Positions 11,311-24,932 of a stretch of 64,000 bases of DNA are shown in pieces. The position numbers were made by a program, and so were the translations under genes. Where the stretch lies: contig NC_057718.1 of the NCBI RefSeq assembly GCF_004010195.1, positions 22,730,303 through 22,794,302 of the forward strand, written 5' to 3'. The notes under the pieces were generated by a model. It saw only the letters and a list, made by a program, of their open reading frames with translations. It was not told the origin of the DNA and did not search any database. How positions within the stretch are numbered: position 1 is the first letter of the stretch; every line of letters starts with the position of its first letter. Source of the DNA: Chiloscyllium plagiosum (Eukaryota).

Positions 11311-13966
11311 CTGTGAATATTTAACTCGCTGCATATTCAATCAAGAAATAACTTAATGAAATAACAGGGAATAAAATGTTGAAATATGAATTGAACGAGT
11401 AATGTGGAGGGATTGACAATGGCACGCACCATGTGCAATGATGTGTATGCATTAAAAAGAAGATATTTATACTGTTTCTAAGCATAGCAACAATTAACCC
11501 CACCACTTTGAATTGTTACTGAAATATTGCGGTACTAAGCATAAGACCTCATAGCTTTCTTGTGTTCATGAGAGCTACTACATGTGTCAATTGAGCATGG
11601 GGTGCTTTACTGTGATCAGAGTGGTATCTTTTGCCCATGCTACTAAATAAGCCCCATTAACGAAGTATGAATCATGTTGCTGTGCACATGCTATATTTAC
11701 ATTTTTTCCGAAGGATTATTCAATGAGTTTCTCCAAAATGTTTTAGGCTTGGCTTGTCATGGGAAAGACATTATTGCTGCCCATTTAGAGCATATTGATC
11801 AGTGGGGAAGGTGAGATGAATGCAAACACGACAAGAAGACTACAGAGAACTGCAGACTGATGGAAAAGCCCTTCATTTGGGCACGTAGGGCATGTTTTAC
11901 TGTTAAGGTCAAGGTGACCAACTATCTAATACTGTGTCAGATACTATATGAAATCTTGAAAAGGTAGAACTGTAAAAGTATATTACAAGTGATGTTATAG
12001 TGCATTTTGATGTAGCTCCCTTTATTGACAATCTAGGAACAATCTAAACTTTGCAGAATGAATGCTTAAGTATTCAGGATTAACATTTTACCCAGATGAG
12101 CAAAGATGTATCCAAAAGAACACATTGTGAACTGAACAATGTACTTAATCATTGTTGCTGCCAACTGAGAATACTTGCCTACTTTGTGACTTTATAACTA
12201 CTCCACAGTGTTAAGTAATAAGTTACAACAGTAAAGAAATGTTTCAACATGCAACTAGTCAATCTTACAGTTTTTTAAAGAGGAAATATGATTTTCCTCT
12301 GTATTTTGACCATGTGCCTTTTTCCTCTGGACTTTATGGGGGTCATCAATGTCTCTTGTTGAGATCGGGATCCTCATTCTAAGTAGGAGGTCAAAACCAG
12401 ATTTCCCCTCAGCCAACATTTTACTTTAGTAGTGTGGGGTTTGAAAGCCCACTAGAGGCAATATAAGTGAGAGTTCATGAAGCAAATGGAAAGACTGCTG
12501 AGCAATCTGAAACATTCTGAAAGGTAAATGTAAAGTTTGTTCACATGTCATTATGAGGTGCTGTATTGTTATGGAGATGTATTTTTATGAAGTGATTCAT
12601 CAGAGGGATATGACCTTCAAAGATAAGTTGTCACTTACCTTGACCAGTCTTTTGCACTTGTTCACATGTGTTAGAATGTGTAGTCATTAGAAAATGTAGT
12701 GAAAAGTGTTACAAAGTGTCTTGGCAGCCTGTACTGTCATCTTTTCTAATGCAATTTAGTTGGGTCCAATGGATTAAAAAACATGGTTTTGACAAAACCA
12801 CATGATCCCTTACATTAAATGCTAAGCACTTTGTTTGGAAATTAAAGTGAACCCCTGCTTTTCTTTCCTTCGAAGAGAGTAGCCTACGATTTGGGCAGCA
12901 GTGACCAATATAAATATTTGGCTGAGTTTGAAGTACTATTGGGTTTTAGCATCAAAAAAAATGACAATTTCAAGAAGTTGCAATTAACATTTTGTTCCTT
13001 TGATGTGGTTTTTGGTTTGTTTTCACAAGGTAATCGGCTGGCATGGGTTTAAGGACCACTTAAATCCTGTTGGAAGCTGGGATACTGTGTTGAAGAACAA
13101 AAGTGAGCATTCTAACCTACCCGCTTCTGCAGCCATACTCCTCTTGTACCCAGCATGCCTTGCAACTGCACTGCAAACCTGACTCCAGTGTAAAAAGAAA
13201 AAAAGTTGTCATGTGAAGTCAGACATTCAAGTTGCAAGAAACAAAAGTGTGCAGTTTGGTGCTCCAGAGAAGATTGATCCCCATATAGTTGAGTCCATAA
13301 GGTATTCCTGGTAGAGTGGAATTATGCAATGAGGATAAATGTGGAGAATGCGGGAAGCATACAGACAAGTAAAAGGTTGTTAATTGTGAACAGGCCTGAA
13401 TTGAAGATCTTTATGCAAACTATTGTCATATATGGTCTTCCTTCAGATATTATTGAATCTTTGTAAATTGCCTGCAGTTTTATTACCCTTTTTTTTAACA
13501 TTTCACAGCATTTCGTATGCATGTCATTCTGAAACAATTCAGTAAAAAGCAGAGTGCTATTGCAGCTAATTAATACTGTGCTGTCTGGGTAGACTCGATA
13601 TATCTGTTACCTCAGCTCATTAGCACAAAATATATAAGGGAATTACCCAATCCTTGTAGGAGCAAACATGTTAAGTTGATTGTTATCAATTTATGAAGTA
13701 ATTGAGCAATATTATTTTCTGATAACATCTCAGTTGTGCAATAACTATCACACAGTATTCGTAGAAGATGGCATATTGAATGAAATTGCACATTCCTAAG
13801 AGAATGCTAAAATACTGGGAAGAACAGTGAACTCTGATTTAATGCACAACCCCGGGCTTTCTGTGCACATTAAACTTCTTATATGTTGGAAAACCATTTG
13901 CATCTCCTAAAATACTATACACTGGATGTCCATAATTATGACCACTATCTTTTGTTTTGCCTCCAG

Positions 13967-14095
13967 GAATCAATCAGTGACTTCTATTGGTTTTATTCTG
14001 GGAAGGACATCATTGATGAACAGGGACAGCGCAATTTCTCAAAGGCAATCAATGTGGCAAAGCAAGTGTTCAACACACTTACTGAGTACATTCAG
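13967..14095 (+). CDS. RYR2: RYR2 exon (~87), [43 protein letters not shown]
   Basis: CAG|GAATCA...CAG|GTAGAA, 129 nt; within ORF 13883-14239. Confidence 0.97.
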
Positions 14096-14984
14096 GTAGA
14101 ATCATCACTGAGAACCATCACTGCTCTTCAGTTAAGCTTGTTGGTGAAAAGATCAGATGTATTAGCTTTATGTCATATTCACCGTAATAGCCCAGTTATT
14201 GAATTAGAAAATAATGGTGAGGTTGTTACTAAGAATTAGCTCAGAAACGATTTGTCAGTTTCTTGATGGGTACAGTTAAGTTGTCCAATTTATCTGGTCA
14301 AACATATACAGCACTTGAAAGTGTGGTATTTACACTAAATATATACTCACCACAAATAAAAATCAGGAGATTCAAGTGTACGATGATATGATCAGTCTTC
14401 AGTCTTAATTACTGCCTCATAATCTTGCAGGTACTGGGATTTGAATTCTATGATCATGGACTCTCATTTATGAGGACATTAATTATCTTTGGAGATTACT
14501 TGAAAATTAAAAATTTGAAAATTTGGTCAGAAATATTTGTCTATTTTGTCTATTTCATTAGGCTGCCTTTATTTCCATATCTCTTTTCTCTTTACATCTT
14601 CCTGTTCACAATCTTAGGTTGAATTAAATATTCTATCCTAATTCAGAACTGTCTGTACCTCAGTAAGGATCTTTCAATCTGATTAATTGAGGTGAGATAA
14701 AGTTGCTTCCTTTATTACACAGGTCCTAATCAGACTCCTGATTAGCTGTAACTTATAACTTAAAAACTCATTAAATATTTTACCCAATCCAGTCCCAGTC
14801 CAAATATTTTACCCAGTCCAGCGAACGGTGGTGTGTTAATTTGCTGCAGGCAGCAGAACCTGGGGTACTATAATGCATGAGTGTTCATTTCACTGTAGCT
14901 CCCTTTATTGACCCATATAGCAGAATGATTTGCCAAACCATTTTCTAGGAACATATTAATACCAATAATTTATATAAATTATAT

Positions 14985-15475
14985 AGTCGTAGAGTTATAG
15001 CGATGTACAGCTTGGAAACAGACCCTTTGGTCCAACATGTCCATGCCAATAAGATGTCCTAAATGAATCCAGTCCCATTTGCAAGCATTTGGCCCATATC
15101 CCTCTAAGCCCTTCCTATTCATATACCCGTCCAGATGTCTTTTGAATGTTGTAATTGTACCAACCTCCACTTCATTCTCTGGCCATTCATTCCATACACA
15201 CACCACCCTCTGCATGAAAACGTTGGCTCTTAGGTCCCTTTCAAATCTTTTCCCTCTCACCTTAAACCTATGCCCTCTAGTTTTGGACTCCCCAACCCTG
15301 GGGAAAAGACCTTGTCTGTTCACCCTATTCATGCCTCTCATGATTTTATAAACCTCGTTAAGGTCATCCCTCAGCCTCCAACGCTCCAGGGAAAATACCC
15401 CAGCCCCTACCCTATAGCTCAAACCTTCCAACCCTGGCAACATCCTTGTAAATCTTTTCTGAATCCTTTCAAGTT
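14985..15475 (-). mobile_element. HER1/CR1 LINE 3' fragment
   Basis: ORF 14979-15560 (LERIQKRFTRMLPG). Confidence 0.9.
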
Positions 15476-16310
15476 TGTTTGTTGTTAAGTATGGCAGAAA
15501 AGTTGTATAAAGTTCAAAATTTAGTGGAAGCAATATCTGAAAGGAACAGGAGAAGGCCATTCAGCCTCTCAAACATGTACTCCCAATATAATAGGTCATG
15601 GCTAGCCTAGTTATCTGAATTAGCTCCATTTACATTAAAACACTTGAATAATCTATCAATCCCAATGCTTTATGGTTCAATCAACCTAGCATGAGGAGCT
15701 TTTTAGGGAGAGGGTTTCATTTCAATTTGTTCGTATAGCGCAGAAGAAGACCATTTGGTACATTAGATCTGTCCTGGCTCTTTGAAGGGACGAGCTTCCC
15801 AGCTGTAAGTAAATAAGACCTAAGCCTCAAAATGGCTTGTGCCTCTTTCCAGAAACAACCATCAGGCAACTAATGGACTCTGCCAGCATCCCACACTTTG
15901 TTCATTGTGCGTCTCAAGTTAAAATCATCGCCTTTGTCTCCAAAGCTTCTTTCCTTATGCAACAAAAGACTATAATTGTAAAAATCAATATCACCTTTAC
16001 ATTGGAAACTCTAGGACAATTTCTAATGTAGCTTGAAGTGTCAGATACCCAAGTACAAGCAGGAAGTGAGTTATCTTGCTTCGGTTGCCATTGGAGAATC
16101 AGTCTCGATTATGAGCAGATATCGTGAAGTGGAAGTTGAAATCACCTCCATCTGACTCAGAGTGAGAGTGCAAATCAGCTGAAAAAAAATGTTGCCATTT
16201 ATGATTCAAGATTCTTGCACAAAAAATGGATTCTGGTTGAAAAGATTTATTGGTCAGCTAGTGCAATGTAAATACTTTAGTTTTGTGCTAAACTCTGTTT
16301 ATTTCTATAG

Positions 16311-16415
16311 GGCCCCTGCACTGGAAATCAGCAAAGTCTGGCACATAGCAGACTATGGGATGCAGTGGTTGGCTTTCTTCATGTGTTTGCCCACATGCAA
16401 ATGAAACTGTCCCAG
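16311..16415 (+). CDS. RYR2: RYR2 exon (~88), [35 protein letters not shown]
   Basis: TAG|GGCCCC...CAG|GTTAGT, 105 nt. Confidence 0.97.
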
Positions 16416-16775
16416 GTTAGTGAGTGGGTATGCAAATAAAGAAAGGCTTTGGTATTTACTCCAGCCTCCATTTCTGTGCCTATCTCCAGGCAATAGATTG
16501 CTAAAGGACAAAAACATCTAGAGAATTAAGAGACAAGTTAGCAGGGAAAAATGCAAAAGTTTAGGAAAACAAATAGTATAAGAGAAAGAAATATTCTAAG
16601 TTTACTGAACAACAGTTAGCTTATTCAGAGTAGACAATAAATGAAAAAAGTAATTTTTATGATGATTTCTTCACGGCATTGATCGTTAGAATTCAATTAT
16701 AGAAATTTAACAATGTACAGCAAAATTAAAACCATAAGGTTATTTATTACAGTATCTACATGTTACAATTTCTAG

Positions 16776-16857
16776 GATTCTAGCCAAATTGAGCTGCTGA
16801 AGGAGTTGATGGACCTTCAGAAGGATATGGTCGTAATGCTGCTTTCAATGTTGGAAG
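16776..16857 (+). CDS. RYR2: RYR2 exon (~89), [28 protein letters not shown]
   Basis: TAG|GATTCT...GAAG|GTGAGT, 82 nt. Confidence 0.97.
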
Positions 16858-16944
16858 GTGAGTCTGTGAAATAAAATTAGACACAAAAAATTTAACAAAT
16901 AAATAAAACCTTAATTAATTTTGTGCTCTTATTTCTGTCTGTTA

Positions 16945-17968
16945 TAGAGTCATTGACTCATAGAGTCATACAACATGGAAACAAACCCTTAGGACCAACT
17001 CTTCCATGCCAACCAAGTTTCCCAAACTAAATTAGTCCAGTTTGCCTGCCTTCAAAACCTTTCCTATTCATGTACCTGTCCAAATATCTTTTAAGCGTTG
17101 AACCTGCATTTACCATTTCCTCTGGCAGTTAAACCATTTGTGCGAAAAAGTTGCCCTTCAGGTCCCTTTTAAATCTTTCTCCTGTCACCTTAAAATTATG
17201 CCCTCTAGTTTTGAACTATCCCAACCTTAGGAAAAGACCTTTGCTATTCACCTTATCTATGCTCTTCATGATTTTATAAACCCCTATAAGGTCACCTCTC
17301 AATCTCCTAAATCCAGTGAAGAAAAAACAGCTTCTCCTCATAACTGAAACTCTCCAGTCCCAGTAACATCCTTGTAAATCTTTTCTGCACCCTCTCAAAT
17401 TTAATAATACCCTTCCCATAGCAGGGTGACCAGAGCTGTACACAGTACTCAAAAAGTGGCCTCATCAATATCCTGAACAACTGCAACATGACATCTCAAC
17501 TCCAATACTCAGTGTTTTGAGCGATGAAGGCAAGGATGCCAAATGCCTTCTTAACCACCCTGTCTGCCTGTGACACAACTTTCAATGAACAATGTACATG
17601 GACCCCTAGGTCTCTCTGTTCGACAACTTTCCCCAGGGCCCTACCATTAATTGTGTGTGCCATGCCCTTGTTCATGTTACCAAAATGTCACACCTCACAT
17701 TTATCTAAATTAAACTTGAACTGCCACCCCTCAATCTGTTGACCCAATTGATCAAGATCCCTTTGTAATCTTAGAGAACCTTCTTCACTGTCCACCACAC
17801 CACCAGTTTTGGTGCCATTTGCAAATTTACTAACCATGCTTCCTATATTCTCATCCAAATCCTTTATATAAATGACAAACTGCAGTGGACCCAGTACTGA
17901 TCCCTGCGGAACACTGCTGGTCACAGACCTCCAGTCTGAAAAAAAACCCACCACTACCCTCTGTCTCT
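16945..17968 (-). mobile_element. HER1/CR1 LINE, 3' ~1 kb, decayed RT
   Basis: ORFs 17688-17954 (VPQGSVLGP) and 17216-17489. Confidence 0.92.
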
Positions 17969-18644
17969 GTACATTGATCTCAGTCCAAACTGTACTGTTT
18001 TTAACTTTGATATTTTTTTCATTCTGAAATCACCTTGTCTTATTCTTCCAATAGCATTTTTCTTGAAAATAATCATTGATGTTCACAGCATAGAAAGTGA
18101 AAATTTGGCCCATAATGGTTTTCCCAGCTCAGTGCCAGAGTAATCCTGTACTTTTGCTGTTCTTAATATCTATAGAGCTTCCCTTCAGAAGATAGAATGG
18201 TCATTGTCTCAAACATTCTGTGGGAAAGAATTCAATGTCCCAACAACCCTGTATATAAGAACATTTGTCTTGAACACTGGGCTCACTTGAAGTAATAATG
18301 TTAAGTTAATGACCCCTATAATCACTGAACCACCATCTGTTGAATCAGCCAAAACCTTTTTGAGATTTTCATAACGTCCATAAACAGACCATGTCTGTTC
18401 CAGCAGAAGTAGTCCTTATATTGTACATTCCTCTTTATAACCATTGTTTCATTTCCCTGGATCATACAGGTGATTTTATGCTATATGTATTTAATATATT
18501 TCCTAAAGTGGGGCCCTCAAAACTGCATATAGTTTAATTCTGGATCAACCAATGTTTGGTATAAAGTTATCTTTACCTTTTCTACTCCTCTATCCTGTTA
18601 CATATTTAATACCCAAAATTCTATTGATATTTTTAAGGTTTTAT

Positions 18645-18916
18645 TTAGAATCCCGACAGTGTAGTAACAGGCCCTTCAACTCAACATGTCCATACTGATC
18701 CTCCGAAGAGTATCCCACCCAAACCCATTTCCCTACCCTATTACTCTACATTGACCCCTGACTAATGCACCTAATCTATGCAGTGCTGAACACTATGGGA
18801 AATTTAGTAAATGTCGGGGTATGGGCGTTTGCTCTTCGGCGGGTCGGTGCGGACTTGTTGGGCCGAGGGGCCTGTTTCCACACTGTAAAGTAATCTAATC
18901 TAATCTAATCTAATCT
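18645..18916. mobile_element. Two HE1-type SINE 3' halves in opposite orientation
   Basis: 18645-18808 on - strand; 18810-18916 on + strand ending in (TAATC)n. Confidence 0.8.
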
Positions 18917-19020
18917 AGAAATAAATTCACTTATTCTGATACATTGCTCTTGCTTTATAACTAAATTTCCATTTCTGCTACATGGCCAATTACAGCATAT
19001 TCTTGCAGCATTCGAAGAGA

Positions 19021-19188
19021 GAAATCAGAGATAACGTTTTGGATCCAGTGACCCTCTCAGTTCTGAGGAAGGGTTGCGGGACTCAAGCCATTAACTTTGA
19101 TTTCTCTCCACAGATGCTGCCAGAGCTGCTAAGCTTTTCCAGCAATTTCTGTGTTTATTTCTGATTTACAGCATCCACAGTTCTTTTA
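19021..19188. mobile_element. Penelope-derived family B short element, decayed hammerheads
   Basis: Inverted GAAATCAGAG..TAAC / TTAAC..TGATTTC arms around AGTT-CTGAGGA-AGGGT. Confidence 0.65.
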
Positions 19189-19921
19189 CACCATAATCTT
19201 GAGTTTTCCTATTAATCACTTTCTGAAAAAAAAAGCCCATCTATGTTACACCTATAATATTCCTTTAAATCTAATGCTCTCATTCCACCACTCCAGGTAC
19301 TCACTTTGTGGAGGGAAACCCAACAATCAAATGCAAGGGACAGGGTCCCTGTTGGGCGGGTGAGGGGATAAGGCTGGCTGGCCCTGTGCCGGCTCTTAAC
19401 TGAGATGCCAAAAAATGGTTTAATGAGTTAGCTCTGTGACATTCTAATGGTCATTTTTCATCTATTATTCATTTTATTTAAATGATCAATTTATTGCTTT
19501 GGAATTGCTTTCTCAAAATTCGCAGTAACTGTTTTGGCAAATATTATCTTTCTGAAATTTGCGCATTGGTAACACAAGTAAGAGGAAAAATTGAAATGCG
19601 ATTCCCCAGTGTCAAAACACAAGGACAATCCTGTTCAGGAGGGACGAAGATGCCTCTGTTTTAACCTCTCAAATACCCGTTCTTACGTTTTACTAGGGGG
19701 GGGGATAAAATGAAGACCTTGGTTTGTAAAATGTGAGGCACTGAGATGCAATATCAGAACAAGTCTGATTCAATCAAAGCAATCAAATTATCACTCATGG
19801 CTCAGTTTGCAGCTGTCTTGCCTCAGAGTCAAAGGCTTCTAGATTCAAGTCCCCATCAAGAATTTGAATTCAGAGTCACGAACACTCCTGTGCAAAATGG
19901 AGGCGGTGCTGTATTGTTTAA

Positions 19922-20275
19922 GGGTGGCAATGTGGCTCAGTGGTTAGCACTGCCACCTCACAGCGCCAGGGACCCCGGTTCGTTTCAAATCTTGAGGGAC
20001 TGTCTTGCGGAGTTTGCACATTCTCCTCGTGTCTGTGTGGATTTCCTCCGGGTGCCCTGGTTTCCTCCCACAATGCAAAGATGTGCAGGTTAGGTAGGTT
20101 GGCCATGCTACATTACCCTGTATTGTGCAGGAGCATACAGGCTGGGTGGATTAGCCATTGTAAATGGGGGTTCAGGGATAACATGAGGGGGTGAGTCTGG
20201 GTACGATACCCTTCAGAGGGTTAGTGCAGACTCCATGGGCCAAATAGCCTCTTTCTGCACTGTGGGGATTCTATG
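19922..20275 (+). mobile_element. HE1-type V-SINE
   Basis: GGTGGCAATGTGGCTCAGTGGTTAGCACTG head, V-domain, GGGATTCTATG tail. Confidence 0.9.
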
Positions 20276-20399
20276 AATTTATTGCATGAGATCATGCACT
20301 ATTATGCAAAACAGACATTTAAAGTACAAGTGAAGAGACATTGATAATAAAGGATTGATAATGGACCATTTGTAACATTACGTGAACTATTTACTTCAG

Positions 20400-21706
20400 G
20401 TAATGTCGTCAATGGAACTATTGGCAAGCAGATGGTAGACATGTTGGTGGAATCCTCAAACAATGTGGAAATGATTCTCAAATTCTTTGACATGTTCCTT
20501 AAGTTAAAGAACCTAACGTCATCTGATGCGTTCAAAGAATATGATCCTGATAGCAAAGGTCTAATCTCCAAGAGGGACTTCCAGAAGGCTATGGAGAGTC
20601 ATAAACACTACACACAGTCAGAAACCGAATTCCTACTCTCCTGTGCAGAGACTGATGAGAATGAGATGCTGGATTATGAAGAGTTTGTTGAAAGATTTCA
20701 TGAACCTGCAAAAGACATTGGTTTCAATGTTGCAGTGCTACTGACCAACTTATCGGAGCACATGCCCCATGATACTCGCCTGCAGACCTTCCTGGAGTTG
20801 GCAGAGAGTGTTCTCAATTATTTTCAGCCTTTTCTTGGCCGCATCGAGATTATGGGAAGTGCCAAGCGAATTGAGAGAGTCTACTTTGAGATCAGTGAAT
20901 CCAGCAGGACTCAATGGGAGAAGCCACAAGTAAAGGAGTCCAAGAGACAATTCATCTTCGATGTTGTGAATGAAGGAGGAGAGAAGGAAAAGATGGAACT
21001 GTTTGTGAATTTCTGTGAAGACACAATCTTTGAAATGCAGTTAGCTGCACAGATCTCAGAGTCAGATTCTACTGAGAGATCGGTGAGTAAAGAGGAGTCT
21101 CAAAAGGATAAAATGGAGGAAGAAGATCCCAAAATGAACTTTTTTTCCATGACAACAATTAGATCTGCCTTAATGGCTCTCAGGTATAATGTGATGATTC
21201 TCATGAAGTTACTCACAATGAAAAGCCTCAGAAAGCAGATGAAGAAAATAAAGAAAATGACAATGAAGGACATGGTTATGACCTTGTTTGCCTTCTATTG
21301 GAGTTTATTGATCGGGTTCTCCCATTTTGTATTTAGTGTTTTCCGTGGATTCTTCCGCATCATGTACAGCACTTTCTTGGGGGGCAGCCTTGTTGAGGGA
21401 GCCAAGAAGATTAAAGTTACAGAACTTCTAGCTAACATGCCAGATCCGACACATGATGAGGTACGAGGTGAAGTTGGTGAAGGAGAGGGAAAAGTTACAC
21501 AATCAACCCTGCCTTCTGAAGACTTGACTGACCTAACAGCTATCACTGAGGAGAGTGACTTCCTTTCTGATATTTTTGGATTAGACCTACGGCGTGAGGG
21601 AGGCCAGTACAAACTAATACCACACAATCCAAATGCTGGAGTGAGGGATCTAATTAGTCCACCTTACCTCACTGTTCCACTTCCAGAACTTCAAAGCATC
21701 CAACAG
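20400..21706 (+). CDS. RYR2: RYR2 large exon (~90): EF-hand pair, thumb-and-forefinger region and start of divergent region 1
   Basis: CAG|GTAATG...CAACAG|GTAACA, 1307 nt. ORF 20432-21745 has RYR2-type motifs (ESHKHYTQSETEFLLSCAETDENE, GGQYKLIPHNPNAG). Confidence 0.98.
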
Positions 21707-22484
21707 GTAACACAAGACGTTAGCCATTCTCTTGCAATGTGTTAGATTTTGGTGGTGGGGGCGGGGGTGGGTTGCATGGTTACAATTACTTAATAAAGGG
21801 AAGTTGACTTGTTGTAAGCGATTTTCAGATATTTCATTGAGTTTGTTAAGAAGCAGCCATTTATAAACAATGTATCATTAAAATAGTCAAAAAAGGGAAA
21901 TACACTAACCATCACAGATGAGAATGCTTTCCCGATCCTGAAGCTATTCTGTAGACTGGAGAAGTGGAGATGATGGACCCCCGTGTTTTTGAAGTGGTGT
22001 TGTGTTTATCAATGATGTTTTGCAGACTGTGCTGGTGAGAGTCCTTTTTCTCCCCTTCAACTTCTGGTCTTCTCCCAAGAGGGTGATGAAGCATTCTCTG
22101 GATCCTCTCTCTCCCGCCTTTCACTTGCCACCTCCCAATGCTCATATCTCTTATTATGGGGGCTGGCAATCTAAGCTGTGCCAGTCGCCCATCTGAACCC
22201 TTTGAGGACAAAGACCACAGGCAGCTACTTATGATGCGAGGATGACCTGTCTCCCCTTGCCCACCTTCACCTGAGGGTTTGTTTACCATTCTGTTAAGAA
22301 AGAAAACTGCTTCTTTTCCCAAACAATACAATGATAATATGTGAAGCCAGATAAATCATTGATTCTAGTTTAATGCTGCATTGTAACCTTTTCTCATATG
22401 CTCAAAATTTGGAAGCTGGTAACTGCTGTAGCTGCAGTTTTGTGAACACTCATGTCACACAGTGAAAACTGGGTAAACCTGGAC

Positions 22485-24395
22485 TCAGACAATCCCAGAA
22501 CGTAATCTACAGATATAGATATTCAACTCATTTATTTCACTCCACATTATACCAGGAAACAGCTGAAGGCACTGGATACTGCTATTGATCCTGATAACAT
22601 TCCAGCAATAGTACTGAAGCCTTGTGCTCCAGGACGAGCAACACTCTGAACCAAGCTGTTCCAACACTGGTGTCTAACCGGCAAGATGAAAATTTGCCCA
22701 GTTATGTCTTGTACATAAAAGACAAGACAAATCCAACCCAACCAATTACCGTCCCATCACTCTACTCTTGATCATCAGCATTGTGATGGAAGCTGTCTTC
22801 AATAGTGCTAGCCAGCAGCATTTGCTCAACAATAACCTTTTGTCCTGGATGCTTAGTTTGGGTCCATCAGACCCACTCAGCTGCTGACATCTTTACTGCC
22901 TTGATCCAAACCTAGACAATAGTGCTGAACTCAAGAGGGGTGATGATTATCACTGTTAATCCAGAGATCCAGGTAATATTCTGGGGACGTGACTTCAAAA
23001 CCCAGGATGGTGGATAGTGGAATTTCAATAAAAATCTGGGATTAAAGTTCTAATGATGATCCTGAAACTAATGTTGATTGTCACAAGAACCCATCTGGTT
23101 CACTGATGTCCTAGAGGGAAGGAGATTGCTGTCTTGTTGTGGTCTGGCCTACATGTGGCTCCAGATCCATAGCAATATGGTTGACTCTTAACTACCTTCT
23201 GAGAAATTAGGGATGGGCAATAAATGCTGGCCTAGCCAGTGATGCCCACATCCTGTGAATAACTAGAAGAAAAAGAGGGCACATGAGAGTGATTGACCTT
23301 GACATCAAGGCAGCATGTGACCAGTAGCAAAACTGGAGAATGGGAATTGGGCAAAACTCTCCACTGGGTCGAGACGTACTTGTTGCAAAGGAAACTATTT
23401 GTGGCTGTTGGAGGTCAGTCATCTCAGTCCAAGGACATAATTATAAGTGTTCCTCAGGGTAATGTCATTGGCCTAACCACCCAGACCTGCATCGTCAATA
23501 ACTATTACTCCAATAACTATTACTCCATTATGAAGTTTGAATTATGTGACGAGTGCATAATATTCAACACTATTCGTGACTCCTCAATGTTAAAACAGCC
23601 CATGTCCAAGCACAGGAAGACCTGGACAATATCCAGGCTTGTGCTGATATGTAGCAAGTAACATTTGTGCCACACCAGTGCCAAGGAAAAACCATTTCCA
23701 ACAAGGGGAAATCCAATTATTGTCCCTGGATATTCAATGGCATTACCATCACTGATTGCCAGCAGATAACCATTAACCAGAGCTGGACTTACCATATAAT
23801 TCTGTAGCTCTCAGAGCAGGTTGATGACTAGCAACCCTGCAATGAGTAATTTAACTCCTAACTCTGCAAACCTGTCCACCATCTACATGGCACAAGTCAG
23901 GAGTGTGATGGAATACTCACTACTTGCTGGAAAACTGTAGTTCCAACAGCACTCAAAAAGCTCAATTAAAATCCTATACCAAGCAGCGTGTTTGATTGGC
24001 ACCCCATCTATCACTTTTGACATTGATTCGCTCCACCATGAACACAGATAGCAGTGATATGTTCCATCTATAAGATGCACTGTAGTAGCTTACCACGTCT
24101 CCTTAGATAACACTTTCCAAATCCACAATCTCGACCACTTACAATAAGAATGGTAGCACACACACTGGCATGTACCTGGCAAGTTCCCTTCCAAACCACA
24201 CATGATCCTGATTTGGAAATATACCACTGTTCCTTCGCTGTCACTGGTTCAAAATCCTGGAAATCCCTAACTGCATTATAGGTGTGCCTACAGTTGTTGA
24301 AAAAAGCATTTCACTGCTACCTTCTCAAGAGAAACCTGAGTTGAGCAGTAGATGCTGGACAACCAGTGATGACCACATCCCATGAATGAATTAAA
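22485..24395 (+). mobile_element. Decayed CR1/L2-group LINE (RT and 3' end) with nested SINE at ~22940-23272
   Basis: PDNIPAIVLK, VPQGNVIG and related RT remnants; 3' tail GATGCTGG..CCACATCCCATGAATGAAT. Confidence 0.8.
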
Positions 24396-24473
24396 AACAA
24401 AGCCTGAACAGGATCACTTCCCAATTTTTACCCTTAGCTCCTGAACCTCTCACCTACCAGTGTGAAAATTGAG

Positions 24474-24932
24474 AAAGGAGAAAGTGAGGACTACAGATGC
24501 TGGAGATCAGTGTCGAAAAGGGTGGCGTTGGAAAAGCACAGCAGTCAAGCAGTATCCAAGGAGCAGGAGAAGCGCTGTTTTGGGCATAAACCCTTCATCA
24601 GGAATGTCCACATTCCTGATGAAGGGCTTTTGACCACATTCCTGATGAAGGGCTTATGCCCGAAACGTCAACTCTTCTGCCCCTCAGATGCTGTCTGACC
24701 TGCTGTGCTTTTCCAGCACTGTGCTTTTCGACACTGATCTCCAACATCTGCAGTCCTCACTTTCTCCTAGTTGCTGTAATCTTACTGCGAAGCCACTTCC
24801 AAGGATGCCCACCGTGAAGAAGTTTTCCTCCTCCTTCATTCCTGATAAAGGTCTTATGCCTGAAACGTCAACTCTCCTGCTGCTCGGATACTGCCTGACT
24901 GCTGTGTTTTCCAGCGACACGCCTTTTGATTC
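24474..24932. mobile_element. Penelope-derived family A element, palindromic with extra tandem unit and multiple hammerhead motifs
   Basis: GGAGAAAGTGAGGACT...GTCCTCACTTTCTCC inverted arms; TSD TGAAAATTGAG at 24463-24473 and 24933-24943. Confidence 0.85.

Noticed and set aside
14772..14821. Short tandem duplication (AAATATTTTACCCA x2); also a 15-bp duplication at 23497-23526
   Set aside because: Ordinary slippage; two units only, not CRISPR-like.
20432..21745. Stand-alone 437-aa gene
   Set aside because: It is the large internal RYR2 exon, bounded by splice sites at 20400 and 21706.
21905..22335. Possible Rex1/Babar-like LINE 3' remnant on the - strand
   Set aside because: Too degraded to assign by eye.
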